From: Gemmatimonadaceae bacterium
Lineage (GTDB): Bacteria > Gemmatimonadota > Gemmatimonadetes > Gemmatimonadales > Gemmatimonadaceae
Direction: 5' to 3'
Length of the DNA: 50,589 nucleotides
Assembly (NCBI GenBank): GCA_033763905.1
Contig: JANRJP010000061.1
Location: 1 to 50,589 of the forward strand
Each line of letters begins with the position of its first letter. Within the stretch, counting starts at the first letter, position 1. Position numbers and translations under genes: made by a program. The notes beneath the pieces were generated by a model. The model saw nothing but the letters and a program-made list of their open reading frames with translations. It did no database searches and had not been told where the DNA came from. Shown here one piece after another: positions 40,211-50,589 of the stretch.

Positions 40211-40215
40211 CCCGG

Positions 40216-42096
40216 TCAGTAGCCTTGTCGGACGGTCACCTGGCCGAGCGCCGTGACGTTCGGGGTGCGCGGCGGCAAGCTATCGATCATCCGGAATCGG
40301 GTGTCGAACACCCAGGGGCGCATCGGCGCGGTGTAGTACGAACTCCGCCACCACCACGTGGTGTACGCGCTCGGCCACAGGGACACCAGCGATCCGCGCA
40401 TATTGAGCGCACGGCCGTTCCACTGTTCCAAGAAGCGCGGGAGGTTCTCGAGGCCGCCGCCGTAGTTGGTGTTGCTCCCCCGATCGAACGCGTCCGCGTT
40501 TGTCGTGACGTAGTTCGGCGAGGCATACGTCGGCGAGTGGCCGGCGGCGATTGCCGCGCGGATGAACACATCCTGCCCGACGCTCCGCGACGACAAGGAC
40601 CACGTGGAGCGGCTGTCGAGCCACTCGTTCGACAGGAAGGTGATCGCGTCGCCCGCGAGCGCGGCCGGTCGCCATTCCGTCTGGCTGTTCTCGGCGCGGT
40701 CGCGGCGGTAGTTGAAGTCGCCGTGCACGTAGATCGGATGGCTAGACGCGATCGTCATCGCGTTCGGCAGGCGCGCCGCGTTGTGGATGCGGACCGCCGG
40801 CAACGTCATCGTGACTGGCTGCGCCCCCGGACCCAGGGGGCTCGGGATGGTCGGATTGATGGAGCTGGCACCGGTAAACGTGATGTACAGCGTGGCGGTC
40901 TGCCGCGACGTCACCAAGCGCGACCAACTGCGCAGCTCACCCATATCGATGTCGAGCACGCGAATGGTTCGCCCTTCGCGTGCGTCGAAGAACGTGCTGG
41001 TCGAGAAGATGTCCTCGCAGCGGGATTCGGAGGGCAGATCCTTGCCAGGCGTCCGGATCATCCAGGTCGGGTCGTCAATCCGGTCGCAGATCGAGCCCAT
41101 CTGGTTCGCGGGGATCGTGAGGACCCAGTCCGCGGTCCACGCGTACTTCACCGCGCGGAGTTCGGGCGAGTCCGCCGCCGAGCGCGGGGCGATCAGATCG
41201 CGCGGAGTCGCGCCGCTGGGCAGCCCAAAGCTCAGGGAGTCCACCCCGTGCGCCACGGTTTGCACGCGACCCGCGACCCGCGTCTGCACGGTATCGCGGA
41301 ACGCGCGATTGCCGGCGGGCATCGCACAGCAAGGCGCCGTCGTCACGCCGCGGTTGTCGATCGGCAAGGAGTCGAGGTCCAGCGGCAGCGGCGACGCGAC
41401 CGCCGGCGTGCTGCGCGAGACGATCATTCGCCCGCAGGTCGGCTGGAGGACATCCTTGCGCTGGCGGATCAACCGCCCGCTCACCGACACCACGTCGAGG
41501 AAGTTCAGCCGGTCGCCGGGGCAGAGGTACAGGTTGCGGTTGGTGTGCACGCGCCCCAAGAAGGTGATCTGGAACGGCGGATTGATCTCGAGATCGGCAT
41601 CGTAGAGGACGCCGAAGGAGAACGCGGGAATCAGGAACGATTCCGAGCGCACGACCATCGTGCCGCGATTGGCAGCGGCATCGGTCGCGACGAGTTCCAC
41701 ATCGTAGGTCCGCGGGGCGGCGACCATCCCGGTGAAGGGGCCGCTGCGGATCGTGTCGAACGCCGCCGTCGAGACGAGCCGCGTGGTCTTCTCGACCGTG
41801 ACACCGGCGAGTGACGTGTTCGCGAAGTTCGGCGTCGCCAAGGAGTCCAACTGCAGCTGGGTCGGCGCACCCGATCGGCGCAGCAACGACACCGTCTGCT
41901 GGATCAGCTGGTCAGCGGCAGCGTCGGCGGCGTAGCTCACCCGCGCTGAGGTCTCGTCGACCGCCGCGGAGCGCACGCTCCCCACCGCGCTGGTGGCCGC
42001 CGCCGCGCTGAGCACGATCAGCAGCAGGAGCACGGCTAGGGTTGCCTCGAGGGCAAACCCCGCGCGACGGCGAGTCGAACGGCGAATTGTCGGCAT
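40216..42096 (-). CDS. Large PilX-like minor pilin or tip protein (626 aa)
   Basis: RRAG|FALEATLAVLLLL (no Glu at +5), YAADAA and a large C-terminal domain with GGGLENLPRFLEQW. Start at ATG 42096. Confidence 0.72.
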   Translation of the reverse strand: MPTIRRSTRRRAGFALEATLAVLLLLIVLSAAAATSAVGSVRSAAVDETSARVSYAADAAADQLIQQTVSLLRRSGAPTQLQLDSLATPNFANTSLAGVTVEKTTRLVSTAAFDTIRSGPFTGMVAAPRTYDVELVATDAAANRGTMVVRSESFLIPAFSFGVLYDADLEINPPFQITFLGRVHTNRNLYLCPGDRLNFLDVVSVSGRLIRQRKDVLQPTCGRMIVSRSTPAVASPLPLDLDSLPIDNRGVTTAPCCAMPAGNRAFRDTVQTRVAGRVQTVAHGVDSLSFGLPSGATPRDLIAPRSAADSPELRAVKYAWTADWVLTIPANQMGSICDRIDDPTWMIRTPGKDLPSESRCEDIFSTSTFFDAREGRTIRVLDIDMGELRSWSRLVTSRQTATLYITFTGASSINPTIPSPLGPGAQPVTMTLPAVRIHNAARLPNAMTIASSHPIYVHGDFNYRRDRAENSQTEWRPAALAGDAITFLSNEWLDSRSTWSLSSRSVGQDVFIRAAIAAGHSPTYASPNYVTTNADAFDRGSNTNYGGGLENLPRFLEQWNGRALNMRGSLVSLWPSAYTTWWWRSSYYTAPMRPWVFDTRFRMIDSLPPRTPNVTALGQVTVRQGY

Positions 42097-42303
42097 CAGC
42101 GGCTCCGACGGGAGGGGAAGGCGGCCAGTGACCACGAGGATGACCCTGACACCCTGCAAATCTGACACCATTACAAGCGCTTTGCCGCGATGTGACGGGT
42201 TTCGCCACCTGCGTGACTCTTGGAGGGGCGGAGTGCAACAAAAGGAGCCGCTTCGGCGCGGTTTTCGTACCGACCAGCGGCGCCCGCGCCGCACCATTGC
42301 GCG

Positions 42304-43821
42304 ATGCTCGCTTCTGTCGAAAGTGCTGCCGTGGTGGGGGTCGACGCCGTTCCGGTCACGGTCGAGGTCGATGTCTCGCCCGGACTGCCGCAATGGACGC
42401 TGGTCGGTCTCCCAGCCTCCGCCGTGCGGGAGTCACGGGAACGCGTCCTCGCCGCCTTGGTCAACAGCGGGGTCGATCTGCCTGCCCGTCGCGTCACCGT
42501 GAATCTGGCGCCCGCTGACCTGCGAAAAGACGGCACCGGGCTCGACCTGCCAATCGCCCTCGGGCTCTTGGTGGCGGGCGGGTGGCTCCCCGCAGCGTCC
42601 GTCGCGTCGCTGGTCGCCGTGGGCGAACTCGGCCTCGACGGCACGCTACGGCCAGTGCGTGGCGTCCTCGCCGTAGCGCGAGCGCATCGCAGCCGGACAG
42701 CCGGGTGGCTGGTCGTGCCGCCGGAGAACCACGCCGAGGCGGCGTTGGCGCTCCCCGATCGCCTGTCGGCGCCGACGCACCTGCGCGCGCTGCTCGACAG
42801 CCTGCGCCGCACGGGCCAACCCCCGGCCACCGTGCCACCCGAGCTGCCGGCGGCGGCGGCGATGCCGACGCCCGATCTCGCCGATGTCGTGGGCCAGGCG
42901 CGGGCGCGCCGTGCGCTCGAGATTGCCGCCGCCGGTGGACACCATGTGCTCCTCGCCGGCCCCCCGGGCGCGGGCAAAACGATGCTCGCCCGACGCCTGC
43001 CGGGGATCTTGCCGCCCCTCGACGATGCGGAGCGGCTCGAAGTGATTGCGGTGCATTCCGTGGCCGGGCTCAGCACCCCGGCGCGTCTGCGCAGCGCAGA
43101 ACCCCCGTTTCGCGCGCCACATCACGCCACCTCGCTGGCCGGGCTGATTGGCGGCGGCGCCGGGCCGCGGCCGGGTGAACTCAGTCTGGCGCATCGCGGC
43201 GTGCTGTTCCTCGACGAACTGCTCGAGATTCCGCGACACATTCTCGACGCGCTCCGGCAGCCGCTCGAGGAAGGCGCCGTCACCATCGCACGGGCCGCGA
43301 CGAGCGTGCGATTTCCCGCCCGCGTGCAGCTCGTCGCCGCTACCAATCCGTGTCCCTGCGGCCGCTTGGGCACTGAAGACCTGGCCTGCACCTGCCTGCC
43401 GAGTGCGGTGGCGCGGTATCGAAGCCGCCTGTCGGGTCCGCTCGCGGACCGGCTGGATCTGCACGTGTCGGTCGGTCGCGTGCCGATTCGCGCGCTGTCC
43501 ACCCGGGAACGCGGCGAGCCCAGCGCGACGGTGCGGGAACGCGTGCTCGCGGCGCGCACCGTGCTTGCCGCACATCGGGCGCCGGCTGATCGCGCGGCGC
43601 TGGCGCCGCTGACCGCTGACGCGCTCGCCGCCCTCGAGCGCGCCGCGACGTCGATGCACCTGAGCGCCCGGGCCTTCACCCGCACGGCGCTCGTGGCGCG
43701 GACGATTGCCGCACTCGACGGCGACGCGGTCGTGTCGAAGGCGGCAGTGCTGGAGGCGCTGTCCTACCGGCCCTCGCAGTGGGGCGGGAACGGGGCAGGG
43801 GCCTCACCGGCCGTCGCCTGA
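42304..43821 (+). CDS. comM: YifB/ComM family Mg-chelatase-like AAA+ ATPase
   Basis: VGLP..AVRES.ERV, VNLAPADLRK, GPPGAGKTMLA, FRAPHH, LFLDE and NPCPCG. Start at ATG 42304. Confidence 0.9.
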   Translation: MLASVESAAVVGVDAVPVTVEVDVSPGLPQWTLVGLPASAVRESRERVLAALVNSGVDLPARRVTVNLAPADLRKDGTGLDLPIALGLLVAGGWLPAASVASLVAVGELGLDGTLRPVRGVLAVARAHRSRTAGWLVVPPENHAEAALALPDRLSAPTHLRALLDSLRRTGQPPATVPPELPAAAAMPTPDLADVVGQARARRALEIAAAGGHHVLLAGPPGAGKTMLARRLPGILPPLDDAERLEVIAVHSVAGLSTPARLRSAEPPFRAPHHATSLAGLIGGGAGPRPGELSLAHRGVLFLDELLEIPRHILDALRQPLEEGAVTIARAATSVRFPARVQLVAATNPCPCGRLGTEDLACTCLPSAVARYRSRLSGPLADRLDLHVSVGRVPIRALSTRERGEPSATVRERVLAARTVLAAHRAPADRAALAPLTADALAALERAATSMHLSARAFTRTALVARTIAALDGDAVVSKAAVLEALSYRPSQWGGNGAGASPAVA

Positions 43822-44672
43822 CGGACGAGGTTCGGTCGATCGCTGAACATCCCGTCCACGCCCGCCGCCGCGAGGCGCCGCATTTCGGCGGGCTCGTTCA
43901 CCGTGTACGGGTGCACGACCAGGCAATGCGCGTGCGCCGCCCGGACCAACGCCGGCGTGACGTCCAGTCGCGAGGGGCCAATCCCACCGGCCGACTGGGC
44001 AATGCGCGCCAGCGCGCCGTCCACGTCGCCGGATGCTGCGAGTTCACCGCGCTCGAGCAACTGCACGCGCGGCAGTTCCGGCGCCAGCGTCGCCAGCCGA
44101 CGGATGCTCGCGGCCGAGAACGACTGCAGCAACACGCGACGCGCCCGCACCGCGTCGGGCGTCCGCAGGCCCGCACGCGTCAGTTCGGCGACGAGCGAGT
44201 CCTCCATACCCGGCGCGCGATCGGGCGCCTTGGTTTCGATGTAGAATCGCGCGGCCGGATACCGCTGCAACACCGCGCGGAGTACCGGGGGCCGCTCGTC
44301 GGCGTACGCCGCGCGACGGCGGTCGGGGGCGCGCTCGTTGAACCAGCTACCGGCGTCGCACTGCTGCCAGTGCCGGAGCGGCTGTGTGGCGATCTCGCCG
44401 TCGCACCCGGCACCCCGCAGCGTGCGCGCCCCGGTCTCGTCGTGCAGGACCAGTAGCTGCGCGTCCGCCGTGAATTGCAGATCCTGCTCGATGTAGTCCG
44501 CGCCCGCCGCCACGGCCTGTCCGTAGGCGGCCATCGTGTGTTCGGGGGCTTCCCACGAGAAGCCGCGGTGCGCAATGACTAGGCCGCGCCACGGCGCCGC
44601 ACCGGCACTTGGCGCAGGGGACGGGGCGCGGACGCACGCGGCGAGCACCAGGAGTAGCACAAGTCGTCGCAT
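43764..44672 (-). CDS. Glycerophosphodiester phosphodiesterase (lipoprotein)
   Basis: Lipobox LAAC, IAHRG, PEHT, IEQD, LHD, IETK, QSF, HPYTVN and DGMFSDRP. Start at ATG 44672. Confidence 0.9.
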   Translation of the reverse strand: MRRLVLLLVLAACVRAPSPAPSAGAAPWRGLVIAHRGFSWEAPEHTMAAYGQAVAAGADYIEQDLQFTADAQLLVLHDETGARTLRGAGCDGEIATQPLRHWQQCDAGSWFNERAPDRRRAAYADERPPVLRAVLQRYPAARFYIETKAPDRAPGMEDSLVAELTRAGLRTPDAVRARRVLLQSFSAASIRRLATLAPELPRVQLLERGELAASGDVDGALARIAQSAGGIGPSRLDVTPALVRAAHAHCLVVHPYTVNEPAEMRRLAAAGVDGMFSDRPNLVRQATAGEAPAPFPPHCEGR

Positions 44673-44765
44673 CGCGGAAATGTCGATGGCACGGACGCCC
44701 TCGGCTACTCCCGAGGATGTCACGAAACGCTCCCTCCGCTCGGGTCCGGTGCCTAGCTTGCGGCA

Positions 44766-45614
44766 ATGCCAGCTGCGTCCGTCCCGGTCCTGTCCCCCGA
44801 CGAGCAGGAAGCCGCGCTCCGCGCGTGGTTTCGCGCGCGCGGCCGCGTGCTGATCGGCTTCTCGGGCGGCGTGGACTCCGCCTACTTGGCGGTGATCGCG
44901 CGCCAAACCTTGGGGCGCGACCAGATGCTGGCGGTGCTGGGCCGCAGTGCCTCCGTCGCGGCGGGGCAGTGGGAGACCGCACGCGCGGTGGCAGCGGCCC
45001 ACGATGTCCCGCTCCGCGAGGTCGACACCGACGAGCTTGCCAACGCGTCGTACGTCGAGAACCCGACGAATCGCTGCTACTTCTGCAAGCAGACGCTGTG
45101 GACGCATCTGGTGCCGATCGCGAACGCCCTCGGGTACGCGACCATCGTGGACGGCACCAACGCCGACGACCTTGCGGATCACCGCCCGGGGCGGCGCGCC
45201 GCCGATGAGCAGGGCGTCGAGACGCCGCTCGCCGCGCTGGGCTTCACGAAAGCGTTGATCCGTGAGCGGTCGCGGGTGCACGGCATCGAGACCTGGGATC
45301 GGCCGTCGTCGCCCTGCCTCGCGTCGCGCATTCCCTATGGCACGGCGGTTACGATCGAGCGCCTCGCGCAGGTGGAGCGGGCGGAGGCCGCGCTCCGGGC
45401 GCTCGGCGTGGCTGGCGATCTCCGCGTCCGACATCACGACGATCTGGCGCGCATCGAGCTGGCGCGCGAGCAGCTCGCCACGTGGTGCTCGCCCGACGGC
45501 CTACGAGCCCTCACGTCCGCGCTACGCGCGGTCGGCTACGCCGAAGTCGCGCTCGACCTGCAGGGATTCCGTTCGGGGTCGTTGAACGTGCTGGGTGGTG
45601 TGGTGGCCGCGTGA
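44766..45614 (+). CDS. larE: ATP-dependent sulfur transferase LarE family
   Basis: PP-loop SGGVDS, NRCYFCK, DGTNADD..DHRPG, PCLASRIPYG, LRVRHH and GFRSGSLN. Confidence 0.9.
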   Translation: MPAASVPVLSPDEQEAALRAWFRARGRVLIGFSGGVDSAYLAVIARQTLGRDQMLAVLGRSASVAAGQWETARAVAAAHDVPLREVDTDELANASYVENPTNRCYFCKQTLWTHLVPIANALGYATIVDGTNADDLADHRPGRRAADEQGVETPLAALGFTKALIRERSRVHGIETWDRPSSPCLASRIPYGTAVTIERLAQVERAEAALRALGVAGDLRVRHHDDLARIELAREQLATWCSPDGLRALTSALRAVGYAEVALDLQGFRSGSLNVLGGVVAA

Positions 45615-45838
45615 CCGCTACGACGGACGGGGCACTGCGGGACGCGCTGGCGCACGCCGGCGTCCGCGGTACGGTGGAATGGCGCGGTGGTGTGGTACTC
45701 GTGCGCCTGCAGCGCGCCGAGGACGTCGCCCGGTGTGCGGCGGACGCGGTGCGCGAAGCACTGCTGGCCGCCGCTCGCGCCGATGGCGCGGTCACCTGTG
45801 CGGTGACGCTCAGTGGCGCGCCTGCCGTGGCCGAATGA
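45611..45838 (+). CDS. Small hypothetical protein (75 aa) resembling the LarE C-terminal domain
   Basis: GTGA overlap with the larE stop and ATGA overlap with the thpR start; it fills the gap exactly. Confidence 0.65.
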   Translation: MTATTDGALRDALAHAGVRGTVEWRGGVVLVRLQRAEDVARCAADAVREALLAAARADGAVTCAVTLSGAPAVAE

Positions 45839-46401
45839 CCGGACGGTTGTTCGTGGCGGTGCCGTTGCCGCCGGTCGTCGCAGACGCCCTGCACGCGGCA
45901 ACGGCCCCGTTGCGCGCCGCGGCGCCGTCGGCGCGGTGGATCGAGCCGGAGGCGCTGCATTGTACCGTCCGGTATCTGGGCCCCACCGATGCGTCCCGCG
46001 TCGCTGATGTGGTGGCGGCGATGACGGCGACCGTCGCGTCAGCGCGGCCGCTCGCTCTCGAGATTCGACAGTTCGGCGCGTTTCCCGCGTGGTCGCGCGC
46101 CCGCGTGGTGTGGATCGGGCTCACGCCGGATCCCAAGTTCGAACTGCTGCATCACGACCTCGAGACCGCGCTGATGGCTCGCGGCTGGGAGGTCGAGGGA
46201 CGCATTTTTCGGCCTCATATCACGCTCGCTCGGGTCGAGACGCCGGACGTGGCGGCGCCCATTCGGACGGCGGCGCGGGGGCTTCGTGTCCGGGTGCCGA
46301 TCACCGTCGACCATCTCGCCCTGATGCAGGCCGGCGGTGAATCGTCGGGGCGGCGGTACGCGTACGTGCATTCAGCTCACTTCGGAGGCGTGGCAGCGTG
46401 A
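45835..46401 (+). CDS. thpR: RNA 2',3'-cyclic phosphodiesterase (2H family)
   Basis: RLFVAV and two HxT motifs (LHCTVRYLG, FRPHITLAR). Start at ATG 45835. Confidence 0.88.
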   Translation: MTGRLFVAVPLPPVVADALHAATAPLRAAAPSARWIEPEALHCTVRYLGPTDASRVADVVAAMTATVASARPLALEIRQFGAFPAWSRARVVWIGLTPDPKFELLHHDLETALMARGWEVEGRIFRPHITLARVETPDVAAPIRTAARGLRVRVPITVDHLALMQAGGESSGRRYAYVHSAHFGGVAA

Positions 46402-47044
46402 TTGGTTGTCTGGTGCGGACGGCGGTGCTCGGCGTTGTCCTCGGCGCGGTGGCCTGGATGGCGCGCGATCGCTGGTGGCCCCGCGTCTTCGGGTCGCCGG
46501 TTCGCCCCACCGCGGACCTGGGCGCGTGGACTCCGGTCGGCGATTCAGCGGCCGCCCGCGGACGTGCCGCCGCGACGCGCCTGACCAAGCGCGGTGGCCC
46601 AGCCTTCGTGACGCTGGACGGCGGCGAGGCCGCGGCGCTGGCGATTGCGCCGTTGCAGGCGCAACTCCCGAGCGGGATGCGCGATGTCGCGGTGCGCGTG
46701 CGCGCCGAGACCCTCGACGTGCGTGCGGTCGTGCGTCCAGCCGAGTTCGGCGGCCGTGAGGTGCTCGGCGCCGTCTACGGGATGTTGCCGGAGCGAGACA
46801 CGGTACAGATCGCCGGGCTGCTCGAAGGCGACTCTCCGGGCTTCGCGCGGTTCCGGGTGCAGAGTGTCCGCTTCCACGACATCCGCCTGCCGGCACGCGC
46901 CGTCGCGCCCCTGCTGCGGCAGCTGACGCGCGGCGCCACGCGGCCCAGCGGCTTGCCCGACGACGCGGTGCCCGTGCCGCTGCCGCCGGGCGTGGGAGAT
47001 CTCCGCGTGCGTGATGGCAATGTCACCTTGTACCGGGCTGTGCC

Positions 47045-47048
<4 letters not shown>
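46398..47048 (+). CDS. Hypothetical membrane-anchored protein
   Basis: N-terminal TM ([20 protein letters not shown]). Overlaps both neighbouring genes by 4 nt. Confidence 0.7.
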
Positions 47049-48409
<1,361 letters not shown>

Positions 48410-48454
48410 GCGGGACGCGACGTGGCCGTCAACCTTCCTCGTCCGAGCTGACCG

Positions 48455-48904
48455 GTGAGCGACACCGACTTTGACGCGCAAATGCGCAAGATCGACAAGG
48501 CGCTGGAGTCCATCTCCGATGACGCCTTGTTGCCCGCCCCGAAGCGCGGGGCACCGGCCGCCCAACAGCAGGCGGTGTCGGCGCAGCGCGAGGCGGTGCG
48601 GACCTGGCCCGCGTTGCTCCGCTTGGGATTGGCGTCGGCGCTCGGGGTCGGCATTCTCTTCTGGCCCTACGCAGCCCGCTGTGGCGTGGGGCTGGCCGGC
48701 TATCTGGGCGCGGTCGCGGCCGTGATTGTGGGCGGGGCGTGGAGCGCGGTGTGGACGTGGCGCCATCGCACGGCCAGGGCGCACGTGCTGTCGCTGCTCC
48801 TGGTGCTCTGGGGGCTGGTGCTGGCCGCGCAGGACGTCCTGCCGCGGATCGGCTATGCCAAGCCGACGGCGGCGCACCCCGCCACGTGGGCCTGCGTGCC
48901 CTGA
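48455..48904 (+). CDS. Hypothetical membrane protein (3 TM)
   Basis: 149-aa ORF with a charged N-terminus and three hydrophobic segments, co-oriented within the operon. Confidence 0.7.
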   Translation: MSDTDFDAQMRKIDKALESISDDALLPAPKRGAPAAQQQAVSAQREAVRTWPALLRLGLASALGVGILFWPYAARCGVGLAGYLGAVAAVIVGGAWSAVWTWRHRTARAHVLSLLLVLWGLVLAAQDVLPRIGYAKPTAAHPATWACVP

Positions 48905-48956
48905 GCGTAGATTCCGTGCACGGCGCCGGCGCCGCGCACCGCCTTTCATCCGACCA

Positions 48957-50444
48957 ATGACTCGATTCCTGAATTTCATCAACGGCGCGTGGGTTGCGCC
49001 GACGACCGATCGCTGGGCAACGAACACGAACCCGGCGGACCACCGCGACATCATCGGGGAGTTTCCGCTCTCGGGCGCCGCGGATGTCGACCGCGCGGTG
49101 GCCAGCGCGGCGCGCGGGTTTGCGCAATGGAAGGCGACCCCCGCGCCGCTGCGTGGCGACGTGCTGCGTCGGGTCGGTGATCTGCTCGCCGCGCGCAAGG
49201 AAGAGATCGCGAACCTGATGACGCGCGAGATGGGCAAGCCGCTCGCCGAGACGCGAGGCGATGTGCAGGAAGGCATCGACACCGCGTACTACGCCGCGAC
49301 CGAAGGCCGTCGCCTGTTCGGGCACACCGTGCCGAGCGAACTCGCCAACAAGTGGGCGATGAGCTTCCGGCGGCCGATCGGCATCGCCGGGCTCGTGACG
49401 CCGTTCAATTTCCCGCTCGCGATTCCCACGTGGAAGGCGTTCCCCGCGCTGGTCTGCGGGAACGCGGTCATCCTCAAGCCTGCCGAGGACGTGCCGCACA
49501 CGGCGCACGTGCTGGTCGAAGTCTTGCTGGAAGCGGGCCTGCCGCCCGAGGTGATCCAACTGGTGCACGGCGACGGCGAGGCGGGGCGGGCGATCGTCGA
49601 GCATCCGCTGGTGCCAGTGATCTCGTTCACCGGGTCGACCGAGACCGGCAGTCGCGTGGGTGAGACCTGCGGGCGGATGCACAAGCGACTGTCGCTCGAG
49701 ATGGGCGGCAAGAATGCGCAGATCGTGCTCGACGACGCCAATCTGGACCTCGCGTTGGAGGGCGTGCTCTGGGGGGCCTTTGGCACCACGGGGCAGCGCT
49801 GCACCGCGACGAGCCGCCTGATTTTGCAGCGCGGCATCCACGACCGCTTCGTGACGATGCTCGCCGATCAGGCGAAGCGTCTGCGTTTGGGCGACGGCCG
49901 CGTGAGCGGCACCGATGTCGGGCCGCTCATCCACGAAGAGTCGCGCGCGAAGGTCGAGCGCTACGTCGGCATTGCGCGTGAGGAAGGCGCGACGATCGCG
50001 CTGGGCGGCGCGCGGGCGACGGCGGGGGATTTGGCCCACGGGACGTTCTTCGAACCGACCATTCTGGTGGGCGTGCAGCCCAAGCACCGCGTCGCGCGGG
50101 AAGAAATCTTCGGTCCGGTCCTGAGCGTGCTGCGGGTCGACTCGGCCGATGAGGCCTTCGCCCTCAACAACGACGTGGCTTACGGCCTCTCGTCGTCGGT
50201 CTACACGCGCGACGTGCAGTTGGCTTTCCGCGCGATGCAGGAGTTGGACAACGGGATTACCTACGTGAATGCGCCAACCATCGGCGCAGAAGCCCATCTC
50301 CCCTTCGGCGGCGTGAAACAGACCGGCAACGGGCATCGCGAAGGCGGATGGGAAGTGTACGAGTTCTACAGTGAGACCAAGGTCGGGTACGTCGACTACT
50401 CCGGGCGCCTCCAGCGCGCGCAGCTCGACACGTACACGTCCTGA
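48957..50444 (+). CDS. Aldehyde dehydrogenase family protein
   Basis: TPFNFP, FTGSTETG, LEMGGKN, GQRCTA, EEIFGP and PFGGVK. Start at ATG 48957. Confidence 0.95.
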   Translation: MTRFLNFINGAWVAPTTDRWATNTNPADHRDIIGEFPLSGAADVDRAVASAARGFAQWKATPAPLRGDVLRRVGDLLAARKEEIANLMTREMGKPLAETRGDVQEGIDTAYYAATEGRRLFGHTVPSELANKWAMSFRRPIGIAGLVTPFNFPLAIPTWKAFPALVCGNAVILKPAEDVPHTAHVLVEVLLEAGLPPEVIQLVHGDGEAGRAIVEHPLVPVISFTGSTETGSRVGETCGRMHKRLSLEMGGKNAQIVLDDANLDLALEGVLWGAFGTTGQRCTATSRLILQRGIHDRFVTMLADQAKRLRLGDGRVSGTDVGPLIHEESRAKVERYVGIAREEGATIALGGARATAGDLAHGTFFEPTILVGVQPKHRVAREEIFGPVLSVLRVDSADEAFALNNDVAYGLSSSVYTRDVQLAFRAMQELDNGITYVNAPTIGAEAHLPFGGVKQTGNGHREGGWEVYEFYSETKVGYVDYSGRLQRAQLDTYTS

Positions 50445-50450
50445 CACGCC

Positions 50451-50481
50451 GCGGCGGGCGGGGGCTCCCCCCGCCCGCCGC
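50451..50481 (+). terminator. GC-rich hairpin after the aldehyde dehydrogenase gene
   Basis: 14-bp perfect inverted repeat GCGGCGGGCGGGGG/CCCCCGCCCGCCGC with a 3-nt loop. No clear U-tract. Confidence 0.5.
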
Positions 50482-50589
50482 CCCCCCCTTGCCCGCTCGC
50501 CCCACGCCGGTGTTGATTACGGCGTGAGCCAAAGCATCGGCGCGACCCCCCCGGACCTTCTCCACGCCGAACGCGGCGGTCGTTCGACC

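Noticed and set aside
42120..42240. Possible c-di-GMP-I riboswitch upstream of the pilin operon (minus-strand fragments GTCACGCA, GGCGAAACC, GCAAAGC)
   Set aside because: No proper P2 stem with a GNRA loop and no P3 pairing could be built by eye. An Infernal search with the c-di-GMP-I model would be needed; the region is more likely a divergent promoter.
42304..43821. YifB/ComM as a third Mg-chelatase subunit of the photosynthesis cluster
   Set aside because: Its motifs match the ComM helicase family, whose 'Mg chelatase-related' name reflects fold only.
43764..43821. 58-bp convergent overlap of comM and the GDPD gene
   Set aside because: It involves only non-conserved tails, which is common in GC-rich genomes.

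Overview
A 50.6 kb, very GC-rich bacterial window, most likely from a phototrophic Gemmatimonadota (Gemmatimonas-like). That assignment rests on recalled G. phototrophica antenna and reaction-centre sequences; no database search was run. Positions ~1.8-16.1 kb hold half of a photosynthesis gene cluster: puhE-bchD-bchI on the minus strand, and crtF-bchCXYZ-pufB-pufA(LHh)-pufA(LH1)-pufL-pufM-pufC on the plus strand. Two of the antenna genes are too short to appear in the supplied ORF track. A tandem PpsR operator precedes bchC. Immediately after pufC is a TerY-vWA plus Ser/Thr kinase pair with no phosphatase; the kinase has a WNK-like lysine arrangement. It converges on a coiled-coil/DUF2325-like gene across a 13-bp tandem repeat. 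The remainder holds an AI-2E permease, a TolC-MFP-ATPase efflux operon with four MacB-like permeases, and a signalling operon (giant NtrY-like kinase, tandem pseudokinase-kinase, PAS hybrid kinase). It also holds a minor type IV pilin operon divergent from comM/yifB, a GDPD lipoprotein, a larE-small ORF-thpR-hypothetical-NtrX-like operon and an aldehyde dehydrogenase. No rRNA, tRNA, CRISPR array or mobile element was seen.
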